From assembly GCA_964422145.1 (NCBI GenBank), contig CAYQZV010000001.1, positions 193,750 through 257,749 on the forward strand: 64,000 nucleotides of DNA. The letters run 5' to 3'. The translations under genes and the position numbers were made by a program. The notes below the pieces were generated by a model. That model did no database searches. It was not told the origin of the DNA and worked only from the letters and a program-made list of their open reading frames with translations. This DNA is from an uncultured bacterium (GTDB taxonomy: Bacteria > Fidelibacterota > Marinisomatia > Marinisomatales > JACNKV01). Positions 8,847 to 18,100 of the stretch are shown piece by piece. Numbering within the stretch: position 1 is the stretch's first letter; each line of letters opens with the position of its first letter.

Positions 8847-11800
8847 ATGAGACTACTTAAACAAACGATTGTTTTTACGCTATTAGCGACGCTTGTTTTG
8901 TCATTCGGATTTGCATCCAATGTCCAAGATAGCGAGAAGCGAGTAAGAACAAAAGATAACCACCCGGCTTTTGTCACGCCTGAACATTATGATGTCGGCA
9001 GGACAGAAGACTTCACGCTTGTCTTAACAGACTCGTGGGGCGACGGCTGGGATGGAGCCAATATGGACGTCTTTCAAAACGGAACTCTGCTTTTAGACGA
9101 TATCACCATTGACGATGGCAGCGAAGCTGTTTTTACCTTTGCTGTCGACAATGGAGACCTAATTGAAACCGTTTACACGTCCGGAAGTTATGAAAGCGAA
9201 CATAGTTATGCGTTCTATGATCAGAACGGTAACTTTATTGTAGGTGACGGGCCCAGCCCCGGGGCAGGAGTAAGCTTTACCGTAGAAATATCATATGATA
9301 TTCCTGGATGTATGAATGTCGATGCCTGTAACTACAACCCCGATGCAACCATTGATGACGGAAGCTGCTGTATAACAAACTGCTTAACGGTAAATTTGAT
9401 GGATTCTTTGGGCGACGGCTGGAACGGCAACGTATTAACAATAGGTGAGAATGTATATGAACTGCCATCTGGTTCAAGTCTTTTGATTGATGACTGTTTA
9501 GATGACGGCACATACGTCGTTACCTGTGGCGGCGGATCCTATCAGAGCGAAGTGTCTTGGGAAATCCTTGATGGTGCAGGAGCCGTATTGCTAAGCGGCG
9601 GCGCTCCATTTGAGGGCGTTCTCCTTCTTGGAGAATCAACCGACATTCTCGGTTGTACAGACTCTACCGCGGTTAATTATGATCCTGATGCAACAGTTGA
9701 CGATGGTTCATGTGTATATGAAGGCGATGAGTGTCTTTATGCGCTTGATGGCGGTGTTGTAAATGGTGCTCCCACATATGGCGCAACCACAGAAGCTTAC
9801 GACGTGGACTGGTACAGCTTTGTTGTGGACGCAGATTATGACAACGTTATTGTATCTCTCTGCGGATCCGGCTATGATACAAAACTTGAAGTTTGGGGAG
9901 CGTGCGAAGACGCAGACTACCTTGGTTATAATGATGATGCACCTTGCGGAAACTTCAATTCACAAGTTGATTTAACAAACATTGTTGCCGGAACCTATTA
10001 CGCAAAAGTTTATGGATATGGATCAAGCTTTGGTGACTATGTTCTGACACTGACCGCATTTAATAACCCAACCTCCCCGACATTAACCGCAACCGGTATC
10101 GGCAGCGGCGTTTCTCTTGAGTGGGAAGGCGTGGTTGTTGATGAGCCAGCGGCTACTCAAATGCCGACGATTAACCCGGTGAACAAAGCACTGGACGTTA
10201 AACCTTACGACACATTTACTGCCGATTTAACGGTTTATAATTCCCGTGCCCTCTATGCGCTGACAGTTGGCGGCGGATCTTGGGACTCAGAAATCAGCTG
10301 GGAAATCACTGATACCGGCGCAAACATTCTTTACAGTGGTGGCGCAGGCGTCTTTGATATTGATCTTGCTGATGGGTCATATGTCTTTAATGGTTATGAT
10401 TCATATGGTGATGGTTGGAACGGCGGAACAGCCTTGTTAGTTGATGAGAATGGCGGCTATCAGTTCTTTTATGGGCTGCTGGACGGTGATTTCTTTACTG
10501 AAACATTTGATCTGCCGACATCCGACATTTGGGGCTGTACAGATCCTGCGGCCACAAACTATAATCCAGATGCAACAATGGACGACGGATCTTGTGATTA
10601 TACAGTACCATCAAATGATGAGTGTACATCACCAGAATTCGTTGAGGGACCATATCCCACTACAGTGACGGGCTCAAACCTTGGCGCAACTGTTGATTGT
10701 GAAGGCCTTCTTGATTGGAATGCAGTATGGTATGAAATTGACTTACCCTATGCTGCAAACAATGTAACGGTCACGCTTTGTGGAAATGATGCAGCAATTT
10801 CAAACGCAGGGATTATCTTAATGGATGACTGTGCATGTGATGATTACTTTGTTGCCTCATATTCCTGGACGGAAGAAGGGTGTATTGAGTTAAGTTTTGC
10901 TGAAATCGCAGGCCCTGGAACAATTTTATATCCTGCCTATATTGAACCGCAGCAGAACTTCACGGTCACAGTAGATGTTGAAGAGGTTTATGTACCAACG
11001 TTCAATATTTATAAAGATGGAGATTCTCTTGACGTCGGAGTTGATGGAAACTCGTACGTGGATTCAGACGTAGTACTTGGAACCGAATACTGCTATACCG
11101 TTGAACAGGTTTTACCTGGCGGTGATTTATCGGGCATGTCAAACGAGGCGTGTGCATCACCACTTGAAGGTGCAACAGGCACAAGCTGTGAGGATGCAAT
11201 CCCCGCGGTTCTTGGACAAAATGATGCAGAGCTAATGCCGTTGTGGTATTCATACACAGCACAAACAGATTGTGAGCTGGAAATCACGTCACAAAACGCA
11301 ACCGGAGACGCTGCATGGGACACATACTTATATGTATATGGATCTTGCCAAACTGACGGAGACGGAAACCTTATTGATCTGATAGGGTCTAACGATGATT
11401 GCTGCGGCTATTGGGGACCATCAACGGTCTCTATTATTGTTGCGGCCGGCGATGAAGTAAAAATCTTTTGGGATGACGCATGGGATTCTCAACCGTTTAC
11501 ATTCTTTGTTAATGAGAGCGCAATACCAACATGCGAAGACGATGAGTTTGAAGATGACGACAACAAAGACATTGCTGTAAACCACGGCGCAGAAGGAACC
11601 TTTACATACGCACTCTGTATGTATGACAACGAAGGCGGAATCATGCAGCCAAGTGGTGTGGCAGCTGTTGACTGGAGTGTTGTAACAGTTGAACCATATC
11701 ACATTCTAACAGCGGCAACACACGGCACTGGAGACCCCGGAAACGATATAGATCTATTCTTTGAAGATTATGCGGGTGACGGCGTCTGTGCATGGGGAGG

Positions 11801-14800
11801 CGGAGACGATCTTGCCGGAAGCGGAAACATGGACTGTGAAGAAGAGGCTTCATGGATAAATGAAACGCTTGAGCCTGTGAATGTCTATGTCGGTGTAATC
11901 TACTATGCCGGTGAAGATCCCATCCCCTATGAGCTGACAATCTCGCTTGTAGCACCGGAATGCCCGGATGCACCTCAAAACGTTGTTGCTGAACTCTCCG
12001 GAGATCAAACATCGATTGGTGTAACATGGGACGCCCCTCTTGTCATGCCGGGAACCGCACTTGCTGAAAACCGGAAAGAACAAAGAATGAGTTTGGAGCA
12101 AGCTGATAATCAGCCCACGAGAGCAAAACTGCACTCAACCAAACAGACTGCTAGACCAACAGCAACAACCAAAGGCCCCAGATACACAGCCGACTTAACC
12201 ATCCATGAAATCAGAGCCATGTATGCCTTAACGGTTGGCGGAGGCTCATGGGATAGTGAAATCTCTTGGAACATTACAGACACAGGCGCGAACGAACTTT
12301 ACAGCGGCGCTGCTGGCGTCTTCGATGTTGATCTTGCAGATGGAACCTATATCTTTAACGGATTTGATGCTTATGGTGACGGGTGGAACGGCGGAACAGC
12401 AACCCTTGTTGATGCCGATGGAGCCGTCCAGTTTACTGCAGGATTAGAAGACGGAGAATCTTTCTCTCTTGAGTTCACTGTACCAAACGCAGAAGTATAC
12501 GGCTGTACCGACCCTGAAGCGATAAACTACAATCCTGATGCAACGGTTGATGACGGTTCATGTTATTATGCCGGTGACACATGTCTAGAGCCGCTGACAG
12601 CTACTTATGGTGAAAATGCAGCAGACGGTGTCGGCCCTCAGTATTTCTCATATGTCGCAACGATGGATGCCCTTCTCACTGTAACATCACAAAATGCAAC
12701 CGGAGACGCTGTTTGGGATACATACCTTGGCGTTTTGGGTTCCTGTGATGTAGACGAGGATGGATATTATCTTGATGTCCTAGGTGCGAATGATGATTGC
12801 TGCGACTATTGGGGACCATCCACAGTAACTACTCAGGTTACAACAGGCCAAGAAGTGATCATTTACTGGACCGGTGCTTACTCACCGGGTCCGTTTACCT
12901 TCTGGGTAACAGAAGAAGAAATGGACTGTGTTGACGATGATTTTGAAGACAATGATTCTTCATCAAGCCCGGCAGCCATTACTGAAGGAACCTATGAACT
13001 TCAGCTTTGTGCAATTGACCCGGATTGGTTTGAAATCACAGTTGATAATGGATTTGAACTACATCTAACCGTAACAGATCATTCTGAAACCGGTATGGTT
13101 GATGTGGGGATTTGGGTATTTGAACTTGATGATACATATACACAGGTTTATAGCCCGAATGAAAACGTCCATAATGTTGTGTGGGCAAACAACTCCGACC
13201 ACCCAATGGTAGCTGATTTTGCCGTTGGTGATTTCTGGGACGGCGTTCCGGAAACGGCTTACACGCTGACCGTTGCACTTGTTCCGTTTGATCAGGTTAC
13301 CTACACGGTATATCGCTCAGACAATGGTGCTGAAGAGCAAATTCAAGCTTCAGGTCTTTTAAACATGGAATACACAGACACTGCTATTTCACAGGGAAAC
13401 CAATACTGCTATACAGTTACGGCAAACCTGCCTGAATACGAAAGCATCCATTCTTGTAATGATGCCTGTGTCACCATTGTTGAGCCCCCTGCAGCTCCGA
13501 CGAACGTTCAAGCTGAAGGAACCTGGTTTGAAGACTATGCTTCCATTGTATGGTCTTGGGACTATGAAGGTTACGTTGAGCCGGCTCGAGCTGACCAACA
13601 AGCAATTAATCTGCAAGACATTCTTGACGGAACGTATCAAAACACGACGCGTGATGTTGTTGGATTTATACTTGCGTTTGAATTCGGCGGAACAGTGTAT
13701 GAATTTGCAACAGAATATCTAAGCATCCTGATCTACGGATTTGCCGATGGTGATTATGTTTGCGGATGGGTTTATGCTGTTGATGATAACGGTGTGTTAT
13801 CTCTGCCTTCAGACACAGCATGTGCTGAAGCAGGCGGCGAAACAGGCTGTGAAGTTGTCGCTGACAACCTTGAAGGCTGGAACCTAATCAGTCTTGCTGT
13901 TGGTGTTGAAGACGCATCTGTTTCTGCTCTCTATCCGGGATCAATTGAAGGAACCTGTTATGGATATCCATATGGTGAACCTGTGAATACACTAGTAAAC
14001 GGTGATGGATACTGGTTAAGATTCACCGCAGCTGGAACAAACACCTTTGCAGGCGACTGCACAGATGATGTGGCTGTCTCCTTAGCTGAAGGCTGGAACT
14101 TGATTGGTAGTGTTTCTGCTTCTGCTGGACTAGCTGATCCGAGTGGTGTTATCATAGAGGGAACCCTGTATGATTATCCATATGGTGAACCCGCAACATC
14201 TGTTGAGCCAGGTAAAGGATACTGGGTACGCGCAAGCGCAGCCGGAGACGTAACGGTTTCTACCTCTGCTCTCGGCGGCTTAGCAAGAATCAGCGAACCG
14301 GAAGCCAATGTTCTTACGATCAACGGAATGAAACTGTACTTCGGTATGGATATGAATGAAAAAGATGCGCTGAGCTTCAGTATGCCTCCGAAACCGCCAG
14401 CAGGTGCATTTGATGTGCGTTTTGCCGGTGACATGAGAGCTATTGAGACATCAGGCATGATCCAAACCCAGGGAACAGATAATCTGTCCATCGAGTGGAA
14501 CGTGACCAAAGAAGCCGGTGACCACATGTTCTGGACAATCACAACCACGGATGGTCAAGTGATTGAAATGAATGGTTTTGGCAGTGTTGAATTATCTGGA
14601 AATATCAACAGCATTATGCTGGGTAAAACCAGAGAAATTCCTGAGCAGTTTATGCTTGCTCAAAACTTCCCGAACCCGTTCAACCCGGTAACCAGCATTG
14701 ATTATGCTCTTCCGGAAGAAGGCTTTGTAACGATCAGCGTTTACAATATCATGGGACAAAAAGTCACCGAACTTGTAAACAGCGTGAAACAAGGCGGATA

Positions 14801-14921
14801 CCATACGGTTGTTTGGAACGGAACCAATTCTCTTGGCGAACCAGTTTCTACCGGTGTATATATGTACGCGATTGAAGCTGAAGGCTTTACGGCTGTCAAG
14901 AAAATGATCTTGATGAAATAA
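8847..14921 (+). CDS. Giant modular secreted protein (2024 aa), a T9SS cargo. It has GDGW(N/D)G modules, Cys-bracketed NY(N/D)PDATxDDGSC linkers, PPC-like (pre-peptidase C-terminal-like) domains and Fn3-like mini-domains. No catalytic domain was recognised.
   Basis: AAGGAG SD 7 nt upstream of the ATG. Signal peptide MRLLKQTIVFTLLATLVLSFGFA. The frame stays open for 6 kb. The C-terminal tail NFPNPFNPVTSIDY...GVYMYAIEAEGFTAVKKMILMK is typical of the T9SS type-A sorting domain. Confidence 0.85.
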   Translation: MRLLKQTIVFTLLATLVLSFGFASNVQDSEKRVRTKDNHPAFVTPEHYDVGRTEDFTLVLTDSWGDGWDGANMDVFQNGTLLLDDITIDDGSEAVFTFAVDNGDLIETVYTSGSYESEHSYAFYDQNGNFIVGDGPSPGAGVSFTVEISYDIPGCMNVDACNYNPDATIDDGSCCITNCLTVNLMDSLGDGWNGNVLTIGENVYELPSGSSLLIDDCLDDGTYVVTCGGGSYQSEVSWEILDGAGAVLLSGGAPFEGVLLLGESTDILGCTDSTAVNYDPDATVDDGSCVYEGDECLYALDGGVVNGAPTYGATTEAYDVDWYSFVVDADYDNVIVSLCGSGYDTKLEVWGACEDADYLGYNDDAPCGNFNSQVDLTNIVAGTYYAKVYGYGSSFGDYVLTLTAFNNPTSPTLTATGIGSGVSLEWEGVVVDEPAATQMPTINPVNKALDVKPYDTFTADLTVYNSRALYALTVGGGSWDSEISWEITDTGANILYSGGAGVFDIDLADGSYVFNGYDSYGDGWNGGTALLVDENGGYQFFYGLLDGDFFTETFDLPTSDIWGCTDPAATNYNPDATMDDGSCDYTVPSNDECTSPEFVEGPYPTTVTGSNLGATVDCEGLLDWNAVWYEIDLPYAANNVTVTLCGNDAAISNAGIILMDDCACDDYFVASYSWTEEGCIELSFAEIAGPGTILYPAYIEPQQNFTVTVDVEEVYVPTFNIYKDGDSLDVGVDGNSYVDSDVVLGTEYCYTVEQVLPGGDLSGMSNEACASPLEGATGTSCEDAIPAVLGQNDAELMPLWYSYTAQTDCELEITSQNATGDAAWDTYLYVYGSCQTDGDGNLIDLIGSNDDCCGYWGPSTVSIIVAAGDEVKIFWDDAWDSQPFTFFVNESAIPTCEDDEFEDDDNKDIAVNHGAEGTFTYALCMYDNEGGIMQPSGVAAVDWSVVTVEPYHILTAATHGTGDPGNDIDLFFEDYAGDGVCAWGGGDDLAGSGNMDCEEEASWINETLEPVNVYVGVIYYAGEDPIPYELTISLVAPECPDAPQNVVAELSGDQTSIGVTWDAPLVMPGTALAENRKEQRMSLEQADNQPTRAKLHSTKQTARPTATTKGPRYTADLTIHEIRAMYALTVGGGSWDSEISWNITDTGANELYSGAAGVFDVDLADGTYIFNGFDAYGDGWNGGTATLVDADGAVQFTAGLEDGESFSLEFTVPNAEVYGCTDPEAINYNPDATVDDGSCYYAGDTCLEPLTATYGENAADGVGPQYFSYVATMDALLTVTSQNATGDAVWDTYLGVLGSCDVDEDGYYLDVLGANDDCCDYWGPSTVTTQVTTGQEVIIYWTGAYSPGPFTFWVTEEEMDCVDDDFEDNDSSSSPAAITEGTYELQLCAIDPDWFEITVDNGFELHLTVTDHSETGMVDVGIWVFELDDTYTQVYSPNENVHNVVWANNSDHPMVADFAVGDFWDGVPETAYTLTVALVPFDQVTYTVYRSDNGAEEQIQASGLLNMEYTDTAISQGNQYCYTVTANLPEYESIHSCNDACVTIVEPPAAPTNVQAEGTWFEDYASIVWSWDYEGYVEPARADQQAINLQDILDGTYQNTTRDVVGFILAFEFGGTVYEFATEYLSILIYGFADGDYVCGWVYAVDDNGVLSLPSDTACAEAGGETGCEVVADNLEGWNLISLAVGVEDASVSALYPGSIEGTCYGYPYGEPVNTLVNGDGYWLRFTAAGTNTFAGDCTDDVAVSLAEGWNLIGSVSASAGLADPSGVIIEGTLYDYPYGEPATSVEPGKGYWVRASAAGDVTVSTSALGGLARISEPEANVLTINGMKLYFGMDMNEKDALSFSMPPKPPAGAFDVRFAGDMRAIETSGMIQTQGTDNLSIEWNVTKEAGDHMFWTITTTDGQVIEMNGFGSVELSGNINSIMLGKTREIPEQFMLAQNFPNPFNPVTSIDYALPEEGFVTISVYNIMGQKVTELVNSVKQGGYHTVVWNGTNSLGEPVSTGVYMYAIEAEGFTAVKKMILMK
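10221..11950 (+). repeat. Intragenic super-module A of the 2024-aa protein. Order: GGGSWDSEISW/GDGWNG module, Cys linker, an extra PPC-like plus Fn3-like insert (10601-11183), the TSQNATGD PPC-like domain, then the CEDDEFEDDD PPC-like domain.
   Basis: The protein and DNA are paralogous to 12189-13290. For example, LYALTVGGGSWDSEISWEITDTGANILYSGGAGVFDIDLADGSYVFNGYDSYGDGWNGGTALLVD aligns with MYALTVGGGSWDSEISWNITDTGANELYSGAAGVFDVDLADGTYIFNGFDAYGDGWNGGTATLVD. Confidence 0.8.
12189..13290 (+). repeat. Intragenic super-module B, paralogous to A but lacking the 10601-11183 insert
   Basis: Same domain order and high residue identity. For example, TSQNATGDAVWDTYLGVLGSC...NDDCCDYWGPSTV aligns with TSQNATGDAAWDTYLYVYGSC...NDDCCGYWGPSTV. 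Confidence 0.8.
13866..14258 (+). repeat. Tandem ~65-aa repeat (2 copies) with the pattern L-EGWNLI(S/G)...Y-YPYGEP...G-GYW(L/V)R..AAG
   Basis: NLEGWNLISLAVG...CYGYPYGEPVNTLVNGDGYWLRFTAAG is followed by LAEGWNLIGSVSA...LYDYPYGEPATSVEPGKGYWVRASAAG. Confidence 0.7.
14649..14918 (+). other. T9SS C-terminal sorting domain (Por secretion tail) of the 2024-aa protein
   Basis: Motif series NFPNPFNP...I.Y.L......ISVYNIMGQKV..L......G.H.V.W.G.N..G..V..GVY.Y......F...KKM.L.K. Confidence 0.85.
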
Positions 14922-14933
14922 AATAACGAATAT

Positions 14934-14963
14934 AGATACGTGCCGCTTTTGCGGCACGTATCT
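14934..14963 (+). terminator. Perfect 13-bp stem hairpin (AGATACGTGCCGC-TTTT-GCGGCACGTATCT) 13 nt after the stop codon
   Basis: Read directly. There is no U-tract after the stem, so it is either an atypical terminator or an RNA-stability element. Confidence 0.55.
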
Positions 14964-15185
14964 AATATGTCGAAACAAACATAAAGATTAAGTACGTCCT
15001 CTTGGAGAGAAGTTGTTCTTTTCTCCGGGAGGATGTGGGTTATGAAGGAAAGCACCTGAACACCCTTTGATAAAACAGAGACTTTTATAAATAGAAAAAG
15101 ATTTTAACACAGTTATGTGAAAAGACAGATGCGGTTATACCCATTTGTACAAATATGAAGAACAATAAACGTTGGAGGAAATACA

Positions 15186-18100
15186 ATGTTTAAAACAATC
15201 AAATGCTTAAGCCTTGTGCTTGTTCTGTTTGCAGGACTAAGCGCCCAGGGCTTATTCTTCTCTGAATATATTGAGGGAAGTTCAAATAATAAGGCGTTGG
15301 AAATTTATAATCCGACAGATACAGATATCGATCTGTCCGGCTATGCGTTTCCGAATGTTTCAAATGCGCCGACCACTCCTGGTGAATACGAATATTGGAA
15401 CACATTCGACACAGGAGCGATTGTTCCGGCTGGTGGCGTATATGTGATCGCTCACCCGGATGCTGACCCGACCATTTTGGCAGTAGCCAACCAAACCTTC
15501 ACATATTTAAGCAATGGTGATGATGGATTTTCTTTAGTACAGGGAACCGAGACTGACTTTGTAGCCATTGATTGGATTGGTGATTGGAATGGTGATCCGG
15601 GCTCCGGTTGGGATGTCTGTGGACAGGCCGCTGCGACACAAAACCATACGCTTGTAAGAGCAATCGGTGTAAACAGCGGAAACGACTGGGCCGTCTCGTC
15701 TGCCTCTGAAACCTGCGAATGGGATGTTTATGACCAAAACACCTTTACATTTTTAGGATCTCACACGGCAGAAGCGCCGACGACTGTATTTGTCACGTTC
15801 CAAGTAGATGTCTCAGAACTTGATCTTGAAGGCTATGTTGATAACAACGGTGAACCATTTTACGGTGTATATGCTACAGGTAGTTTTGATGGATGGGCAG
15901 GTTGGGGAACCCAACTGACAGATGACGATGCTGATGGTATTTACGTAGGCACTGCGGAAATACCGGAAGGCACATATGAATATTTATTTACCATAAATGG
16001 ATGGAATGGTCTTGCCGGAAATCCGCCGCTTGGATCAGAATGTGATTGGAACCCCGCAGACGAATTTGCTAATTATGGAATGGTCGTTGGTCCGGAAGAC
16101 TTCACGTTAGATGTTGTTTGTTGGCAGAGCTGTATGGAATGTATCGATGCAGTTACTATCTATGATATTCAAGGACAGGCTGATGCATCACCTTATGCTG
16201 GTCAAGTTGTTGAAACATCGGGTGTGGTTACCGCGACAAACGGCAGCAACAAACACTTTATTCAGGATGGTACAGGCGCTTGGAACGGCATATATATATA
16301 TGATAGTGGAAACACTTATACTGTAGGTGACAACATTACACTGGTAGCTGAAGTAACAGAGTATTACGACCTAACTGAATTGATGAATGTCGCCAGCGTT
16401 ACAGTTAATTCTTCAGGTAATGCGCTTCCCGAACCGGTTGTACTTACAACGGCAGAGGTTAGCACGGAAGATTATGAGGGTGTTCTGGTTACGACAATCG
16501 GTCTTTGTGATAATGAAGCCAACAACTACGGTGAATGGTCTGTAGACGACGGTAGCGGTACCGCTTGGGCTGACGATCAATACTTTACTTTCGCACCGGT
16601 GCTTGGCACAGGATACGCGGTAACAGGACCGTTAAACTATTCGTATGGTGCCTACAAAATTCTCCCGCGTGATGCAGGAGATATTGTTGAGCAGGTTGTT
16701 GTTCCTGAATTTACATTTACCTTCAATGTTGCCGGCGCAGCAGACGATCGCAGTCTAACGGTTGGATTCTCAGCAGGCGCAACTGACGGTTATGATGCAG
16801 GTTTAGATACATACGCTCCTCCGGCGCCCCCAGCTCCGTCGTTTGACGTTGCCCTTGGATGGGAAAACGATCGCTACTTCACCCAAATCTTAAATGGGGC
16901 TGAAGCAGATTGGGGTGTTGAACATACATACGAAGTGCTCTTACAGTTTGATGAATCAAGCGCAATTACCTTTACTTGGGACAATACAGGACTGAGTGAA
17001 TTAGGTACATTTGTACTTGAAGATGCATTTGGTGGAAACATTGTCAATGTTGACATGAACGCAGAAACATCATTGTCTGTAGACAATCCGGCTTTGACTA
17101 TGTTAAAGCTAAGAGTAACTCCCGGTGATTATGTACCCCCTGTGGACGTACCGAACTTTGTGGGTTCAGTTAACTTTGCTGGCGCAAGCGAGAACCGTAG
17201 TTTAACTTTCGGTTTTTCTCCGGAAGCAACAGATGGATACGATGCAGGTTTAGACGCATATGCTCCTCCGGCACCTCCAGCTCCGTCGTTTGATGTTGCG
17301 CTAGGATGGGAAAACGATCGCTACTTCACCCAAATCTTAAATGGGGCTGAAGAAGATTGGGAAGTTGAACATGTTTATACACTCCAACTCCAATACGACG
17401 AATCAGGAGCCATTGCTCTTACATGGGACAACACCATGTGGGAATATTACGGTAATGTGACCCTGAGAGACGGTTGGGGCGGCGTTTTATTTAATGATGT
17501 TGACATGGTCGCTGTAAACAGTTTTGTTTTTGATAACCCCGCGTTTACAACAGCCGAGCTGTCTGTTAAACCGGGCGAATACATTCCGCTGCCACCGCCA
17601 CCGCCACCGGCACCGGAATTAACCGCAACGGCAGGTCCGGGATCCATTACACTTAGCTGGACAGCCATTGAAGAAGACACACCTCAAAACGGTGTTAACT
17701 TCACGCTTCCGATTACCGTTGACGCCGGCGGAGAAACGTCCTATACATTAACAACAGGATTTTCTTCTGATGCAACAGACGGCTATGATGAAGGAATCGA
17801 TCTTTATGCACCTCCGGCACCTCCACCCCCGTCTTTTGATGCAGCGCTCAACTGGCAGTCTGATCGGTATTACACCCAGATCTTAAATGGTGCAGACGGT
17901 ATCTATGATGAGCATGTCTATGATATCCAGCTTCAGTTTGATTCAAACAATCTGATCAACCTGACTTGGGAAAACGCAGGTTTAGCTGACCTTGGAACCT
18001 TTATTCTACAAGATGCATTTGGCGGAATGATCATTAATGTTGATATGACAGAAGTGGGCTCTGTTGTGGTTGATAACGTAGCACTTAACTTGCTGAAAGT

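Noticed and set aside
9277-14978. Many 60-130 aa antisense or alternate-frame ORFs inside the 2024-aa gene, for example the His/Arg-rich 11641-12027(-)
   Set aside because: They are a by-product of the Gly/Asp/Thr-rich codon composition of the sense frame. None has a start context or motifs, and all are embedded in a 6-kb uninterrupted frame carrying a clear signal peptide and sorting tail.
17586-17615. CCACCG/CCGCCA short tandem repeat as a phase-variation SSR
   Set aside because: It is an imperfect repeat that simply encodes a PPPPPPAP linker. Similar Pro-rich linkers occur in every module, and nothing suggests slippage-prone homogeneity.
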